Positions 12,699 through 26,036 are shown, counted from the first letter of the stretch. The stretch is DNA of 64,000 bases from Ministeria vibrans ATCC 50519 (GCA_943704425.1 CALSCP010002643.1:1-64000); one strand, 5' to 3'. Notes: generated by a model not told the origin, from the sequence alone. Numbers and translations are program-made.

Positions 12699-15501
12699 TA
12701 TTATTTTTAATTATTTTTCTTTATTGTACTGTAGCAAGCTCTCCACTGGCATGCTGTTTTCTGAGCCCGAGACACACAAAGGGGTTTCTTGTGACACATG
12801 CCATGTCTCTCCAGTTGTTGGCAGACGCTGGAAGTGCGGCGAATGTGACGATTTCGATTTGTGTCACAGTTGCCTTCATGCGGGACCTCCGTCGTGCGGT
12901 CACGACGTCAACAGCTTTGTCCGTCGACGTCTTCCCACCAGAGAGGAGATTATTCACCATTTGTCTGGATTTGAGAGTGTTTTCAGGCGTTTTAATGAGA
13001 GCGTCTTCTCCCTTCATAAGCTTCTCCGCACTATTGCCGATGACCTTTGCCCGTTGAGCTTGGCGTGGACCTCACGTGTCTCAATGATTGCTAACGGTGT
13101 TGAAGCGGTTTGGCGCGCGTTGCCGTGTACTGTCCGCTATATTGCGGGTGAGCCGGCCGACTGCATTCGAACCAGTCTCGATCCCATTCAAGAGCTGGCA
13201 AACACGCTTGGCTCCATGTCGCAACACTCAATTCTACGCGATGGCACCACACTAGGGGGGCTCCGGACAGCCTATAAATTACGCACTGATTTGGCCAAAG
13301 CATCCTTTTCACTCGGCGTCAAAGTTGCTACCGCCGTTGACATTGTTATCGACGCCAACACTGCTCTGTACGAAATGTATGCAGAGGTGCAAGCAGCAAG
13401 CAGTACTCATGATACGTATGCTTGTGCATGGCTTCCACAGTTGGACATGCTGCGTCGTCGCATAGACCACTTTGAATGGCTGTGCACAGTGGATTTGTTT
13501 CGTCGCTGGCACGACAGCTCGGAGATGCTCCGATTTGACGCGTCGTGGGACACACACCTTCGTGATGCTGTTACCAGTGCAAACGAGCTTCAGCGTGACG
13601 TGGCAACCGAGGAGCGAGCAGGTCAAGAATGCACATGCGAGGGTAATGAAGCAGGCATGGGCACGTGTGTTGCGTGCAAGCTGTCACAAGTGTGTGAGGG
13701 CGCAGCGGATTTCAACGACGACGCCACTCTCTGGTACTTTGTTGGCGAAGCGTTCATTCAAGGGCGAGTGCACGACCGTGTGTTCATGTCGCATCGAGGC
13801 CCCGACACCAAAGCACTGCTGGTGAACGTGGCGCAACGTGAGGGTGCCTCGTCTGCGTGCTTTATTGACATTGTGAATGTGTCGCGTGGTGAGAGCGCGA
13901 CGCGTTTCATTTTTGGAAATCTCGCACGCTCGCGCGATGCAGCTTTTTTGCTATCTCGCACGTTTGCTAGTAGTCCTTACTGTTGCGCGGAGCTTATTCT
14001 CTGGCAAGCGATTGTGGCGAACCGGCCGTCTTCAATCGAGTCGCGTACCTTTGTGGCGGTGGAGCGCGCAATGCCACCACGTCATCGCCAACTGGTCGAG
14101 CAGCTGTGTCGTCACGGCGGCTTGCACATCGCCTATGAATGCGACTCTGCCTTTGAGTTGTGCGAGAGAGCTGTGGCACATGTGCTTGAGCTGTATCCGG
14201 CGCCAGACGCTCCGCCGCTGGGCCGTATTGGCCTGTGGAACGCCAGCACGTCCGGACTGCGAGAGATGCGAACGTGGAACGGCGGCTATGTCAACCTGTA
14301 TGCACTGATGTGCGTAGGCATTCAGGTTGCCAATGGCTTTGCACGGGCCCTTCACGTTCTTCCCGACATTCCTATTTTGGTGGACCCCACACGTGAAGTG
14401 CCTGTGGAAGAAATCGACGCGCTTCTGCAACTGAGCGGACCTCAAGCGGTTGAATTTCAACGTGTTGTGGAGAGCATGGAGCCCACTTTATCGTCTATAC
14501 CGGCGCGCTGGCTGTGCGTTGAAAACGAGCACATTGACGCACGAACGGCGAGGATGCTGCGCGACGGTCTGGTGCAGCGCTGTGAGGCCATCATGATCGC
14601 CGTGACGGATTTGATTGCCGAGCGATTGGTCACCCTGCTGCGCCAACCGGCGGTCGCAGTCGCCGGTGCGGTCTGGATGGGCACGCGCGGCAGCCTTGCA
14701 TTGGTCCTGTCGTTTCTCGCGTGTGCAGCAGAGCGTATCAAGGATGCTTGCTCTACACTGATGGGTCGCAGTGTGCGTATGAATCAGCCGCCAGAGTTTG
14801 CCAATGCCCTTCCGGCGAGCGAACGGATGCTGCTCGTGGACGACATTGAGTTTGATGTGTGTCTGGCCATTGACAACCTTGCCGACTTTCTTCGACTGCT
14901 GCCGGAGACAATGGGCGGTGATGTTGGTGCGGTGGTTCGGGCTCTGGGGGGAGACGAGTGGACGGCCGATCAGTGGTTCATGGCGTGTTTGGGCGTGCAG
15001 GAACAGTATCGCTTGCGTCGTCGATGTTTCATGCGCTCCAACAGCCACGATGATGTCAATGTCACCCGTGTCCTGGGCGCACGTGAGGTTGCACTCCACT
15101 GCGTCGCCACCAACGACCACCTTCACTTTGTCGACCGCTTGTTGTATGCGTTTGCCATGCTGGGCATTCAGAGTCGCACTGTCATGTTCCTGCAGGTCAA
15201 CGATCACACAAAGGTGACTGACGGTGCTGTTCACATTGGTTGGCCTGCCACTAGCGGACTTGAGCGTGGTGATGTTCCTCACTATACTTTCAAGAGTGCG
15301 TCGCAGCTCTTTATTTTTTCGTCGATGAAGGACAAACTTGCGGACATTCTGCAAAAAACGCGCACTGTCACTGGTCTTGGATATGCTGTGCTCACAGAGC
15401 ACCTTGAAAAATTCATGGCATTGCGGCTGGAGCTCAATCTCAACGAGGAGCCAACAGCCGAGTCGTTTGCCTCCTTTGTGCGTGAGCAACAAGATAAATG
15501 A
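12298..15501 (+). CDS. ZZ-type zinc finger + TIR domain protein (~950 aa); two tiny 5' exons plus one 2.77-kb exon
   Basis: ZZ finger HKGVSCDTCHVSPVVGRRWKCGECDDFDLCHSC; TIR RVFMSHRGPDTK...CFID...FLLSRTFASSPYCCAEL (13776-14000); exons 12298/12322-12349, 12615-12624 and 12735-15501 splice in frame. Confidence 0.82.
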
Positions 15502-15685
15502 ATAATTATTGTTTTTTTTGCAATCTCGAATCTCGCGTACTCAATAATCTCACACTAATGACTAAGCACACTAATCACCCACGAAGCACATTAATGAGCA
15601 CACAATAACCACTAACAAACCTCTAACCACATAGATCCACACACACACACACACAAAATAAATTTTATTTGAAGAAAAAGGAACA

Positions 15686-18600
15686 CTAACTGAGAAAAGA
15701 AAGAGAAGGGAACCCTTCGGGAATCCAGCTCAACCTGGCCTTGGGTACTCGTTGGTGCCCATCCGCGCCACTACTCTCACTTTCTCCCTCGTCGTCCCCT
15801 TTCTCACTGGGACTCACTTCCTCATACGATCGCTTTTGACCACGCTGCTCCACCACATCTTCCACATCCTTAGAAGCCATTGGGTCAACATTGATTTGTT
15901 CCGAGTCCCTCGCTTCCTCTTCTTCATCTTCTTCATCTTCTCCTTCCTCTTCTTCCTCTTCTTCTCCCAACGCCTCAACTGGCTGCACTTCTTCTCCTTC
16001 AGACTGCACAAGATCCTCCTCTTCCACCTCCTCCTCCGCCTGTGGCACACTCCTCTCCACCGCCAGCGGATCTGCGAACTCCCTCGTCATGCTCCTCGTC
16101 TCCCGCTCACCTCTCATCTCCCGCTCACCTTCCATCTCCTCTTCCTCTTCTTCTTCCTCCTCAGTCGTACTCTCAACAACAAATCGTTCGGGGTCACGCG
16201 CACGCAACTGCTCCACGTACGCCAAGCGCAATGCCAGTCCTTCCTGCACCTTGGCTGCCTGATGACGCTCAATCTCTACACAATATCATAACAATCATAA
16301 TAATAATAATAATAATTATTATTATTGTCAATAATAATTATGGATTCACTATTAATTCGTTAATTTACTCGCTCGTGTGTCACGGTCTTGCGCCCACTTC
16401 TTCAACATTTTAGATGATGTCGATGTAGTTGTGAGTTCAGAATGGGTTGAGAACACATCAATTTGTATTTCCATGCTGCTCCCTTGTTCCTCCTCCAACG
16501 CCTGAGCTGTACTCTCCCTATGAAAGAAAGGTCAATCTTTTCCTTCTCTTTACTTCATGTGCTTTTGATTCTAACACTCCCGCATCAATCGTCTCGAAGA
16601 GCTGGATGTGACTCAGGTCCGCTGCAAACACTGAGAGTGTGCCGTCGGCGGCGTTGCCATCGACATCGTCGTCGTCTTGGTCTGACAGTGACTCCGCCAG
16701 GTGCTCCTCAGTCCTGTGTGTCCACTCGAGCATTCCTCCCGTGTTCAGGCAGTAGAGTACGTGCCGCTGTACCAGCTGAGTGCGCACAAAGCACGGGATG
16801 TCCGTCCATCGGTCCATCGCATAGAACGGGCAATGAAAGTGGATCGTGTCCATAAAGGGCTCACCGGAAATGACCAGTTGCGCCTCGACATGTGCCTTCA
16901 GCTGCTCCTTGTGTGCCAAAATGAGCCGCTCATACTCTGTGGCGCTTGGCGACTCGGACAACAGCATTTCCTCCACTCTCTGCCTCTGCACGTGGCCCGC
17001 ACCTGTGAGAGTCTCTGAGGATACTGTAAGGAGGAAAGTGCAGTCGGCAACACACACCGTTGAGGTGGGGATTGGATTAATGCCTTGCAGTAAACGCACA
17101 AGGGCCGCAAAGCACTGGAGAGCATACTGGCGGGTGATTTCATCTTGCTGCAACAGCTCAGTCAGTCGTACAACCATCACCACTGGTCTGCACCCGCAGC
17201 GCTGTAGTGCATCTACGTGCTCAAGACACGCAGTCACACTGTCGGGGTCTAGTGCGTCGTACGTCGCCACCACTTCAGTGGTCGTCGTCAGGTTTGGAAG
17301 ACCATTGATGCCTCGAAACACCCGCTCGACCATGTTCTTCTTGCCACAACCCGACGAGCCAAAAAAAAGTCCCACTGTAGGCACGTCAGGCCTGGTCAGA
17401 CCAACACGGGTGTTGCGGATGGCCGTCACACGCTCACAAAGACGCCGCACAGTTGCACGCTGACCAACAAAATCCCCAAGCCACAACTCAGAATTGGTCG
17501 GGTCTGCGCGACGCACAATGCGCTGCTCGAGCCATCGCGCATGTAGAGCCGTCATCCGCAGCGCCGCCGAGGGCCCATCAGCACCCCAGTCCAACATGGC
17601 AAGCGAGCGTCCATCCCAACTCATTGAGGGCGTCACAGTATCCTCTCCCGTGAATGGAAGCAGTGTTGGCTCGAGCGCCGCAAAGTACCGCAGAACACGC
17701 GACTGCCACAGCGCTACGTGCAATTATGTTCAATTCCCTTCCCTTTTTTTATTGAAATGCTCTCACCTGTGTGTTCTGGCTGAATGCGACGACTCCAAAA
17801 ATTGATCTCGTCGCCGTTTCCCTCCGTCAGCGCCTCCACCTGCAGAAAGACGAGAAAAACAACACAAAAATATTATTATCAAATTTATGCTCCACTGATC
17901 ATTACCAGTCGTGTTTGAAGCGCCTCGAGAACATCTAAAAGTTGTTGGTCTGGGCTGCTTGGCAATGTATCGATGGTGCGAGTGAGGTAGCGCAAGGGGG
18001 AGTCACCCTGATTTGAGATGGAGAGAGGGCTTGCACTCCAGCGTTTGCTCAGTAGCTGTAGGGCTGTCAAGTAGTCCTTGTCTAGTAGACACCTGAACAA
18101 GATGGTGTGTCCATTGGTGTCCACAAAGTCGCTGATTTCTTCTGCAAGATACGTACGACATTCAGAAGGAGTTGTGGGGTGGGTCACTTTAGTTTGATTC
18201 ACACCTCTCTGGTGCATGGTTGGCTCTTGTCGAACCCATGTCTTGTAAAAGTGTGCCTCACGTCGAAGCATGCGTGAAATGAGAAGCGACCGAATGGTAA
18301 TGACCTTCTCGTGGAAACGTCCCAGCCTGGTGCGAAGATCCTTTGCAAATCGTTGCAGGCGAGCGTCGAGTCGTTCAAGAACTGCCTTGAGTTCATCCGC
18401 ACGTTTGCAGTTGAGTGGCACCGCCTCCATGGCACGAACAATCGCAATAACGCCATCTACGTTTTGAGTTTTAAGAGCCATATCAAGTGGTGTCTGTTCT
18501 TCATCATTGTTCCACAAATAGCATCCTACAAAAACAAAATAAAATAATAAAAATTAATATTATTATTAGTAATAATTTTTATTATCATTATTATTATTAT

Positions 18601-19187
18601 TATTCGTCGACCCACAGCACTATTGCCACATCACCCACAATACTCAATAGATTTGATAGCCTCTCGATTTGTGAGACTTGGCGACCCCTTGAATTTTTTA
18701 TGATACGCTGGGTAAACACGAAACGCAACAATTGTATAGGGAAAGTCAAAGGAGTGCCGCGAAATGTGTGTGCGGAAGAATACTCGAATATTCGAATCTT
18801 CGAGACGAAAAAAAAATTTGAGGGTCGAGACAAAAAAAACATAAACGTACTCTCTGGTGTGCCATTGTCCAATGCAGGGTCGGTACAGTACGCAATTAGA
18901 AGACGATAGACCTCTTGGGAGTGCTCTGGGGGGCAGTAGGCGGCTGCGTGGAGGGCTAGTTTGCGTTTGAAGGTGTGCTTCGAAGTCGGCTCGCGGACGG
19001 TAAAGGACGCCTCGTAGCACGGATCAGCGTTGCAATACGTGAAGAGGTACTTGATCATCTCTTTAAGGCGGACAACATTGCCGTCAGCAGCCGCCTGGTG
19101 GATCGGCCATGGGTCTGAAACGAAAATGAACAATGAATAATTCCCCTTTAAACCTTTTTCCGACGTACTCGCGAGGTCAATGCTCAT
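15686..19187 (-). CDS. Ankyrin-repeat + degenerate ClpB-type AAA+ protein with acidic tail (Skd3/CLPB-like architecture), multi-exon
   Basis: Ankyrin motifs WPIHQAAADGNV, LALHAAA, EQTPLDMA, NGHTILF, GDSPLRY; then FVGQRATVRRLCERV...VGLTRPDVPTVGLFFGSSGCGK, matching the ClpB NBD2 pattern (VIGQ..A...RAGL..P.RP...FLFLGxxGxGK); Glu-rich last exon. Joining all exons into one gene is inferred. Confidence 0.6.
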
Positions 19188-19422
19188 TGAGGATCCTTCA
19201 AAAAATAACAGCTCGCACGATGGCAGAATAACAATACGTTACACGTTGATCTTTTGTCTCTTTTTTTGGAGAGATGGTTTTGAGAAAGAAAAAGAAAAAA
19301 GTGATGTTTTATTCGACTTCGACTTCGACAAAAAACAAAGGATCTTTAATCAAAAATCAAAATAATTGAAATTCGCCTCGCGCCCTCCCCCATGACCAAG
19401 AAGAACTGAGTGGGGGTTAGAG

Positions 19423-20994
19423 ATGAATGCCATTGTCGTGCTCAACCACTTCTGTGAGCTCCACGGGCCCTCCGTCATGTTCTGCGCCCAACCCTTCCGC
19501 ACAGCGCCCACAGCGGCCCCTGTCGCCGCCGACACTGCAGACCCTCCGCCACCGGCGACTGCGCACCCGTCAGCGTCGCCAACGTCGTGGAGAAACAAAG
19601 TAAAGCACAAAAGCAAATTGTTATCAGAATGATAATAAAATATTGTTCTGGCTGCGTCCACGCCCTCACACGCCTCCAATCGCACACTTCTCACGCTGCC
19701 TGTGTTCCCTTTCCTGCATTCTAGGCGGCCGTCGAGTCGACGTGCACGGCGTGTCGCTCCTTGGACTCCAACGACACCCTGCAAGGTTTCATTACGAGCG
19801 ACGACGCAGCCGAAACCACTTTTGTCAGTTCTCGCGCGGTCGATGACCCACAGCTGTTCACTCTCATTCGTAAGGCATGCGTTCGCAGTCTCACCATTGA
19901 GGTGTGCCCTGGTGGCGATGGAGCCGTCTTCTTCGGCGACGAGCGCTCCGGCAACATTTTCTCCTACTCGTTCATCCTACGCGACGCAGAAGCGCGCGGC
20001 GCTCAACGCTCCTACTCTTTTGTCCTCCTCATGGCCGACCGGGTCCACCTTGTCAACCTGTGGCCGTTTCTCGTTGAATCCTTCCGCTCGCTCGCCCACG
20101 AACTCCAATACGGTGTCCGCCAGACGCTTGAACGTGCCGCCGCCGTCACGGCAGCCGCCACGACCACCACCACTACCACCACAGCCGTATCGCCACCACC
20201 GACAGCTGCAACAATGCCAATCTCGTCACCCTCGTCTTCTCCCATCCGCCCTACCATGCGCACCTCTGTGTCGCCCGACGTGTACCTTCGCCGTCGCGGC
20301 AACAATGCCCGTCAGCTCCGCTCTCTTCCCGAACTCGTCGGCTGTCCCAACATCTTTGCACGCCTCCACGCTCGCTTCAGTTGGATCCTCGCCGCGTGTG
20401 CTCGTCGCTCCTTTGAACGCCAACTGCGCGCACCCCCACTCGTCTCTCTCGTCAGTCCTTCCGCCCTGTCAGTCGTCTCCGTCGACGAACACGACGACGA
20501 TCACGACTACCCCTACCAAGATGCGACACCAGATGAGGAGAGCACACAACACGATGACTCTGACGACGACACACTCGCACCGCACAACGACCCCCACAAC
20601 ACTAGTAGTGACAGCGAAGGGAGGAAGAAGAAGAGCGAGTCGTCTATTCCAGAGGAACTCACATCCCTCGCTCAGCTCATGCAGGCTATGGGCGAACCCG
20701 CAATGCGCCTGCTCGTCCACAATGCGTCCATTGGCAACCAGATCATTGTGCGCTCCCCCTTGGCATCCCTCCGGCGCGCCCTCCTCGCTCTCTGCTGCCA
20801 GCTTGTTCCCGGCGCCCTTGCCCATGCCACCGACGGCATCGACCGCTACCAGGACACCTACCGCTGCAACTTTCTTGCTCTCCTTCCGTCCATCCAACCT
20901 CCACCCCACATTGACAATGCGTACTATCTCATTGTCGATGTCCGTCACGCACCACCACCGCCTCAACACCAACCGCAGCAGCAGCAGCAGCTGC

Positions 20995-21031
<37 letters not shown>

Positions 21032-21491
21032 GCGTCTTCCGCACCGCACCGCCTCCATGACTTCCGCCACCGGCTCTGCGTCCTTCCGCGACGACACCTC
21101 CTCCTCCACCAGCGCCTCCTCCTCCTTCCCCACCCTCACCACCTCCTCCCTCTCCTTTTCCCTCTCCTTCGGCACCCGCGTTCCTTCTTCCCCGCACTCC
21201 TTCGCTCCATGTGTCATCGCTCTTCTCCGCCACCATCCCCTCAAATCAGACTCCATCAAATCCGCCCAACTCACCGCGCTCAAAGAGCACTGGCTCGCCA
21301 CCGCCAAAGTCTTCTTCAAGTTCTCCCGCGCCCTCCCTCACGACCTCAACCCGTCCTCGTGCGAACACGTCGCCTCCTTCCTCGCGCACTTCTCCCTCTC
21401 TCTCGACGACATCCCTACCCTCCGCTTCTTCTCAACCGCCCTCTCCCCACATCGCCGTCGTGCCATCCTCAAAGCTCAACTATTTGTATAA
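19423..21491 (+). CDS. FLCN: Folliculin
   Basis: N-terminus MNAIVVLNHFCELHGPSVMFC; LIRKACVRSLTIEVCPG.DGAVFFGD; FILRDAEARGAQRSYSF; LRSLPEL; IGNQIIVR. Confidence 0.93.
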
Positions 21492-21728
21492 ACTTATAAT
21501 ACTAATAATTGTTATTCTTATTTGCAAGCTGTTTTGTTTTCATCTTCTTCCGACTTCCGACAGACTGCCCTACAAAAATGTTTTTATTTTGATGTTTTTT
21601 TTTTTTGAGATGATCAACTCCGAAAAAAAATGGTTGATTCAATCAACTCCCAAAAAATAATGCCCCCACACTTTTCACCTTTAGCTTTAATTCAGTTTTA
21701 TTCTCTCATCACCGCTTCACCTTTACCC

Positions 21729-22832
21729 ATGGATACTGACTTTACGTTGCAACGAAAACCGCGTGAACGCCGCTACTACACCGACGTTGCGATTGAGCCG
21801 CGCCCGAGCGGCAAAGACATCGGACGACTGATCGGCGTCGGCGGAACTCGCATCAAAAAAATCGCCGCCGCTTGCGGTGTTCGCTCAATTTCAGTCGCTG
21901 ACAAAGTAAAGCTGAGAGTGTACTACGAAAAAGACGACGTTGAGGCGCCAGGGCGGGCTGCAAGGGCGGTGAAAGAGTTTCTTCTCAGCGGCGAAGAGGA
22001 GATACTTGAGCTGTTGGCCAAGGATGATCCTCTCATCACCTTACACTGCCTTGCGCTGGAGGCAAAGAACCTGAATCGCGAGTGTCGTGTACGCGAGCTG
22101 TCCGTGAGCTTGTCGGACGACGGCAATAGTGTGTGTGTCACGTTTAAGCGCGATGCAGACGATGCGGATGCACTCGACAGGGTCAAGTCTGCCAGTGCGA
22201 AATACCTCGCGTCCCTTACGCTCGACTCCTTCTCAGTGGAACCCTCGGTGGCAGGCCAGTTGACCAAAAGCGACTGTGCTCGGCGAACGAGCATAAGTGC
22301 AGCTGTGCCGTACGTGGGAGTTGGCGAGGACGGAACTTCCGTCAAATTTGTCCATCAGCGGTCCGACACATTGGCTCTCTCACGCGTACAAGCAGCTCTA
22401 AGCTTGCTGAAACCGAAAAAAGACACCACAAGCAACAAAGATGGCGCGGCGAGCAGCAGCAAGAAAGGCAAAGGACCAAAGAAGCTGATGCCTCTTGGCG
22501 GACCAGCTGTAGCTGCGGCCAAATGCGGTGATGTCGACCTTGACCAGCGGCTTTCAGCAGACGTCGTCAGCAAGATTTTTGTCCCATCCTCACTTCGCGC
22601 CCTCCCCCACTTTGAACAAGACGCCGGCGTCATCTCGATCAACCTCCAGCCCAACAGGCGCATCCTCCGTTACCGTCCTCTCGACACGGAGACGGACGTC
22701 AAAGCCGTCGCAACGCGCGTTAAGAAAGTTATGGCACAGGCCGTTCGCACTGCACGCATAGCAGTGGCAAAGGAGCGAGCGCAGCGCGATGCAAAGAACA
22801 GACAACGTAAAGAACGGAGAAAATTTTATTAA
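21729..22832 (+). CDS. KH-domain (GxxG) RNA-binding protein
   Basis: DIGRLIGVGGTRIKKI KH motif; long open frame; basic C-terminus. Confidence 0.6.
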   Translation: MDTDFTLQRKPRERRYYTDVAIEPRPSGKDIGRLIGVGGTRIKKIAAACGVRSISVADKVKLRVYYEKDDVEAPGRAARAVKEFLLSGEEEILELLAKDDPLITLHCLALEAKNLNRECRVRELSVSLSDDGNSVCVTFKRDADDADALDRVKSASAKYLASLTLDSFSVEPSVAGQLTKSDCARRTSISAAVPYVGVGEDGTSVKFVHQRSDTLALSRVQAALSLLKPKKDTTSNKDGAASSSKKGKGPKKLMPLGGPAVAAAKCGDVDLDQRLSADVVSKIFVPSSLRALPHFEQDAGVISINLQPNRRILRYRPLDTETDVKAVATRVKKVMAQAVRTARIAVAKERAQRDAKNRQRKERRKFY

Positions 22833-22991
22833 GATGTAACGATAATAGTGTAGAAACAACACACGAAGCACAAGTGAGAGAGAGAGAGGGAACAGAGACT
22901 GAGTAATAAACTTTTAATAATGTATACACACTCATGCTCGCTCACACAGCCTATCAATCGGTCGATTAGTGAGAGAGAGAGCAAAATTAAC

Positions 22992-23699
22992 TCAGAGCGG
23001 ATGACAGGAAGGTCCACCTGTCGGCGCACTGTTCCACCACTTGTGAAAAGACCCCCGTTCAATGGGCTTCACCCGCTCCTCCTTTGGCTTGTACAACTCA
23101 GCACACGTACTCCAAAAGCCATCGCCAAAGCGCGTCATAAGGCGCTGGTACGCAGGACTCAGCTGTGCCAGTGGCATCTGCCGCCACGCAAGATGCTCTG
23201 CGTACGCCGTGTCATTGCTGTCCAGATAGAGCAGATGCGCTGCCAGTCGTCCAATGTCCCCACCAAAGTCACTCAGTTTGATCGCAGCCTAAAACGGGTG
23301 CAAGACAGATACAAAAAAGAGACAAAGTGTGTCTCAAATGAGCGATACAATCACTCACAGCTCCCACTCACCTTTGGATGTGGCAACACATAGTCATAAT
23401 CCGCATTGTTGCCATACACAATGGGCACTGCTCCTTGATCAATTCCGCGCCAGTACTTCTCGGTAATGTAATCGTAACACGCAGAGTTTTCCATTGCAAT
23501 CACAAACTTGTAGTGTTTGTACACCTTCCGATCCATTTCAGGCTTATTGTCTACACAGAGGCAAAAAAACACGTTAAAAAAAAAGAGAACAAGTCAATCA
23601 CTCACACACATACACACACACTCAATCTGTCACTGTGTATCTCCCTCTCTCCTGCCTAACCCTGCCTTGCTCCTCTCTCTCTCTCTCTCTCCTGCCCTT

Positions 23700-23743
<44 letters not shown>

Positions 23744-23763
23744 ATCACTTTGTTTCTTTCTCC

Positions 23764-23813
<50 letters not shown>

Positions 23814-25014
23814 NNNNNNNNNNNNNNNNNNNNNNNNNNNNNNNNNNNNNNNNNNNNNNNNNNNNNNNNNNNNNNNNNNNNNNNNNNNNNNNNNNNNNNN
23901 NCAGGTACCCCCGCCCGCATAGCTCTTGGTGTCGTGTGGCCACTGAGGGACCCCCTATCACTTTGTTTTTTTCTCCCTCCTTTATCTCTCTATCCATCTT
24001 ACTGCCCATAATAGTCATTGGCTTGCCATTCTCATCAAATCCTTCGAACCGGTCGCGGTTGTGCAGGAGTCCTCCGTACCCGTGTACGTCCTTGCGCCGC
24101 TCAGCTGGCAATGCGTTCACCAATGCCGTTAAAACTCTTGCACGCCCCTACAACAGACACATATACATAGTCATGATATGCATCTGTGGCCTTTCTTTGT
24201 TTGTTTCGTACGGGCGAGCGGTTGGCAATGGCATGTGCAATGAAATGACCCGGAAACTTCTTTGCGGGCGGTCCCTGATTGTACGGAGGCGGGCAGTGAC
24301 GCACCATTTGTGTGCACCAGTACTTCTCGGTGGGATGCTCCCATCCAGAGGGTGGAGTGTATCTGTGTGAGTGTCGTTTTCAGTGTCAATCGCTCTGCGT
24401 CGCTCTCCTTACGTGCACGGAAGTGATGAGTCGCGACGGGTTGTCGATGACCAGACAGGATGAAGGTCGCCAACGCCCGGTCTTGGGTGGTTCCCAGACG
24501 ACTCGATAAAGTGGAAGGTGATGGGGCGGTCGCCACGCTCGGATTCGGGTGGGGGGGGCAGGAACGAGCCGTACATGCCCTCGACAAAGAAAGCGTCGCA
24601 CTGCGACTTGTCGTCGACCTTTTCGATGCTGCGCCAGTCACACTGTTTGTCGCCCCAGTCGGGGAAGTCTGTCACGCCTAGCGGGCCCCAGTACTTCTCC
24701 AGTCCCGCGTGAGGATGAAGATAGCAAATCACAGGCATTTTCGTCGTTGCTTCCCCTGCCTCGACTGGCGGCGCTGCTGGCTCGTCCGACTGCCCCTCCA
24801 CCTCTTGCTCCTCCTCCACCACCTGCACAGCTGCCGCAGCGGCGGGCGACGGCGGCAGTGGGTCTGCGGGCGGTGTGACAATGTCGAGGTTACCGCCACG
24901 CAGCGCAGAGGGCGCTTGGTACGCGCACGGCGTCAGTGCAATGTATCCGATCAGTACAACAATCGTCAAGACACAGCCTGACAGGATGGAGAACGCCCAT
25001 GACCGCTCACCCAT
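22992..25014 (-). CDS. Alpha-1,3-fucosyltransferase (GT10), type II membrane protein, multi-exon, spans an assembly gap
   Basis: N-terminal TM (AFSILSGCVLTIVVLIGYIAL); ESS/TTRRDS stem; diagnostic YKFVIAMENSACYDYITEKYW...AVPIVYG. Confidence 0.88.
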
Positions 25015-25119
25015 TGAAAGAAAAAATTATTCACATGAGAATTGTATAATAATTGAGAATGCTTATTTGAGATTGTGATAAGAGGTAAAAAATTATTTAC
25101 TTTTGTAAACTTTGTATTC

Positions 25120-26004
25120 TTATTCGTTGGTCAGTTGCTCTCGCAAGGGCACAAGAATGTCGCGCGCCAGTTCCGTCACCGATTTGTTCTTTTGGTCCGG
25201 TTCGTGTTGCAGCAGGTCAATCAACGACTGAAACAGGTCGCGGGACGTCTTCGGCTCATCGGCCGGCATGAGCTGCTCCTGCTGAAGGTGACGACGGCAG
25301 ACGGCGCGGGAGAAGGCAAGCATGAAGAGCTCATGGGAAGCCCAGATGCGACGGATGTGGGCGACAATGGGCTGAGGGTCGAGTGTGACGCGACGGAGCC
25401 ACTCGTTAGGAGAGGAGGAGAGGAGAATGGGCTGGCAGAGGCGCTCGGGGGGCGGGAGGAGGGTCGATGCGGCGGCAGACGGGTTGATTTCGGTAAGGGA
25501 GTCGTATGCGGTGGCAATGACAAAGACCTTGCCGGTCGCCGCAGGTGAGTGTTTCTGCAGCGCCGTCTGGACAAGCGACGAGCGCACGATGATGGTCTCG
25601 GCCAGCATGAGACACTGTGCTAGCTGGCGGTAGCCCAGCGGCGTTGCGCGGTTGAGCAGGTAGCAGTGAGAGGGCAGAGCCACAAGTACGAGCGTCGAGT
25701 CGAGCTCCGACCCGACAAGATCAATGGCACACAGTGCACAGCGGTAGAGCTCGTCGTGCATCTGTTTGCAGTGCTCCTCGTCCACGACAATGATGAGCGA
25801 GTTGTTGTCGCCGTTGGTAGTGGCGGCAGCGGCGGCGGTGGTGGTGGTGGTGGAGGCGGTGCTGCCGAGGACGATGGAGGCCACAGCAGGATCAAGCTCG
25901 GCCAAGGCGACAGCGGCTGTTGTTGTTGTTGTTGTGGGCACTGGTGACAGTGTCGTTCCTGCTGATGCAGCAGACGATGGTAGTGGTGGTGATGGATGGG
26001 TGGT

Positions 26005-26036
<32 letters not shown>

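Noticed and set aside
14488-15492. Long antisense ORFs (also 20469-21236, 28811-29686, 36378-37250, 59217-60299)
   Set aside because: Shadow frames of GC-rich coding exons with no motifs
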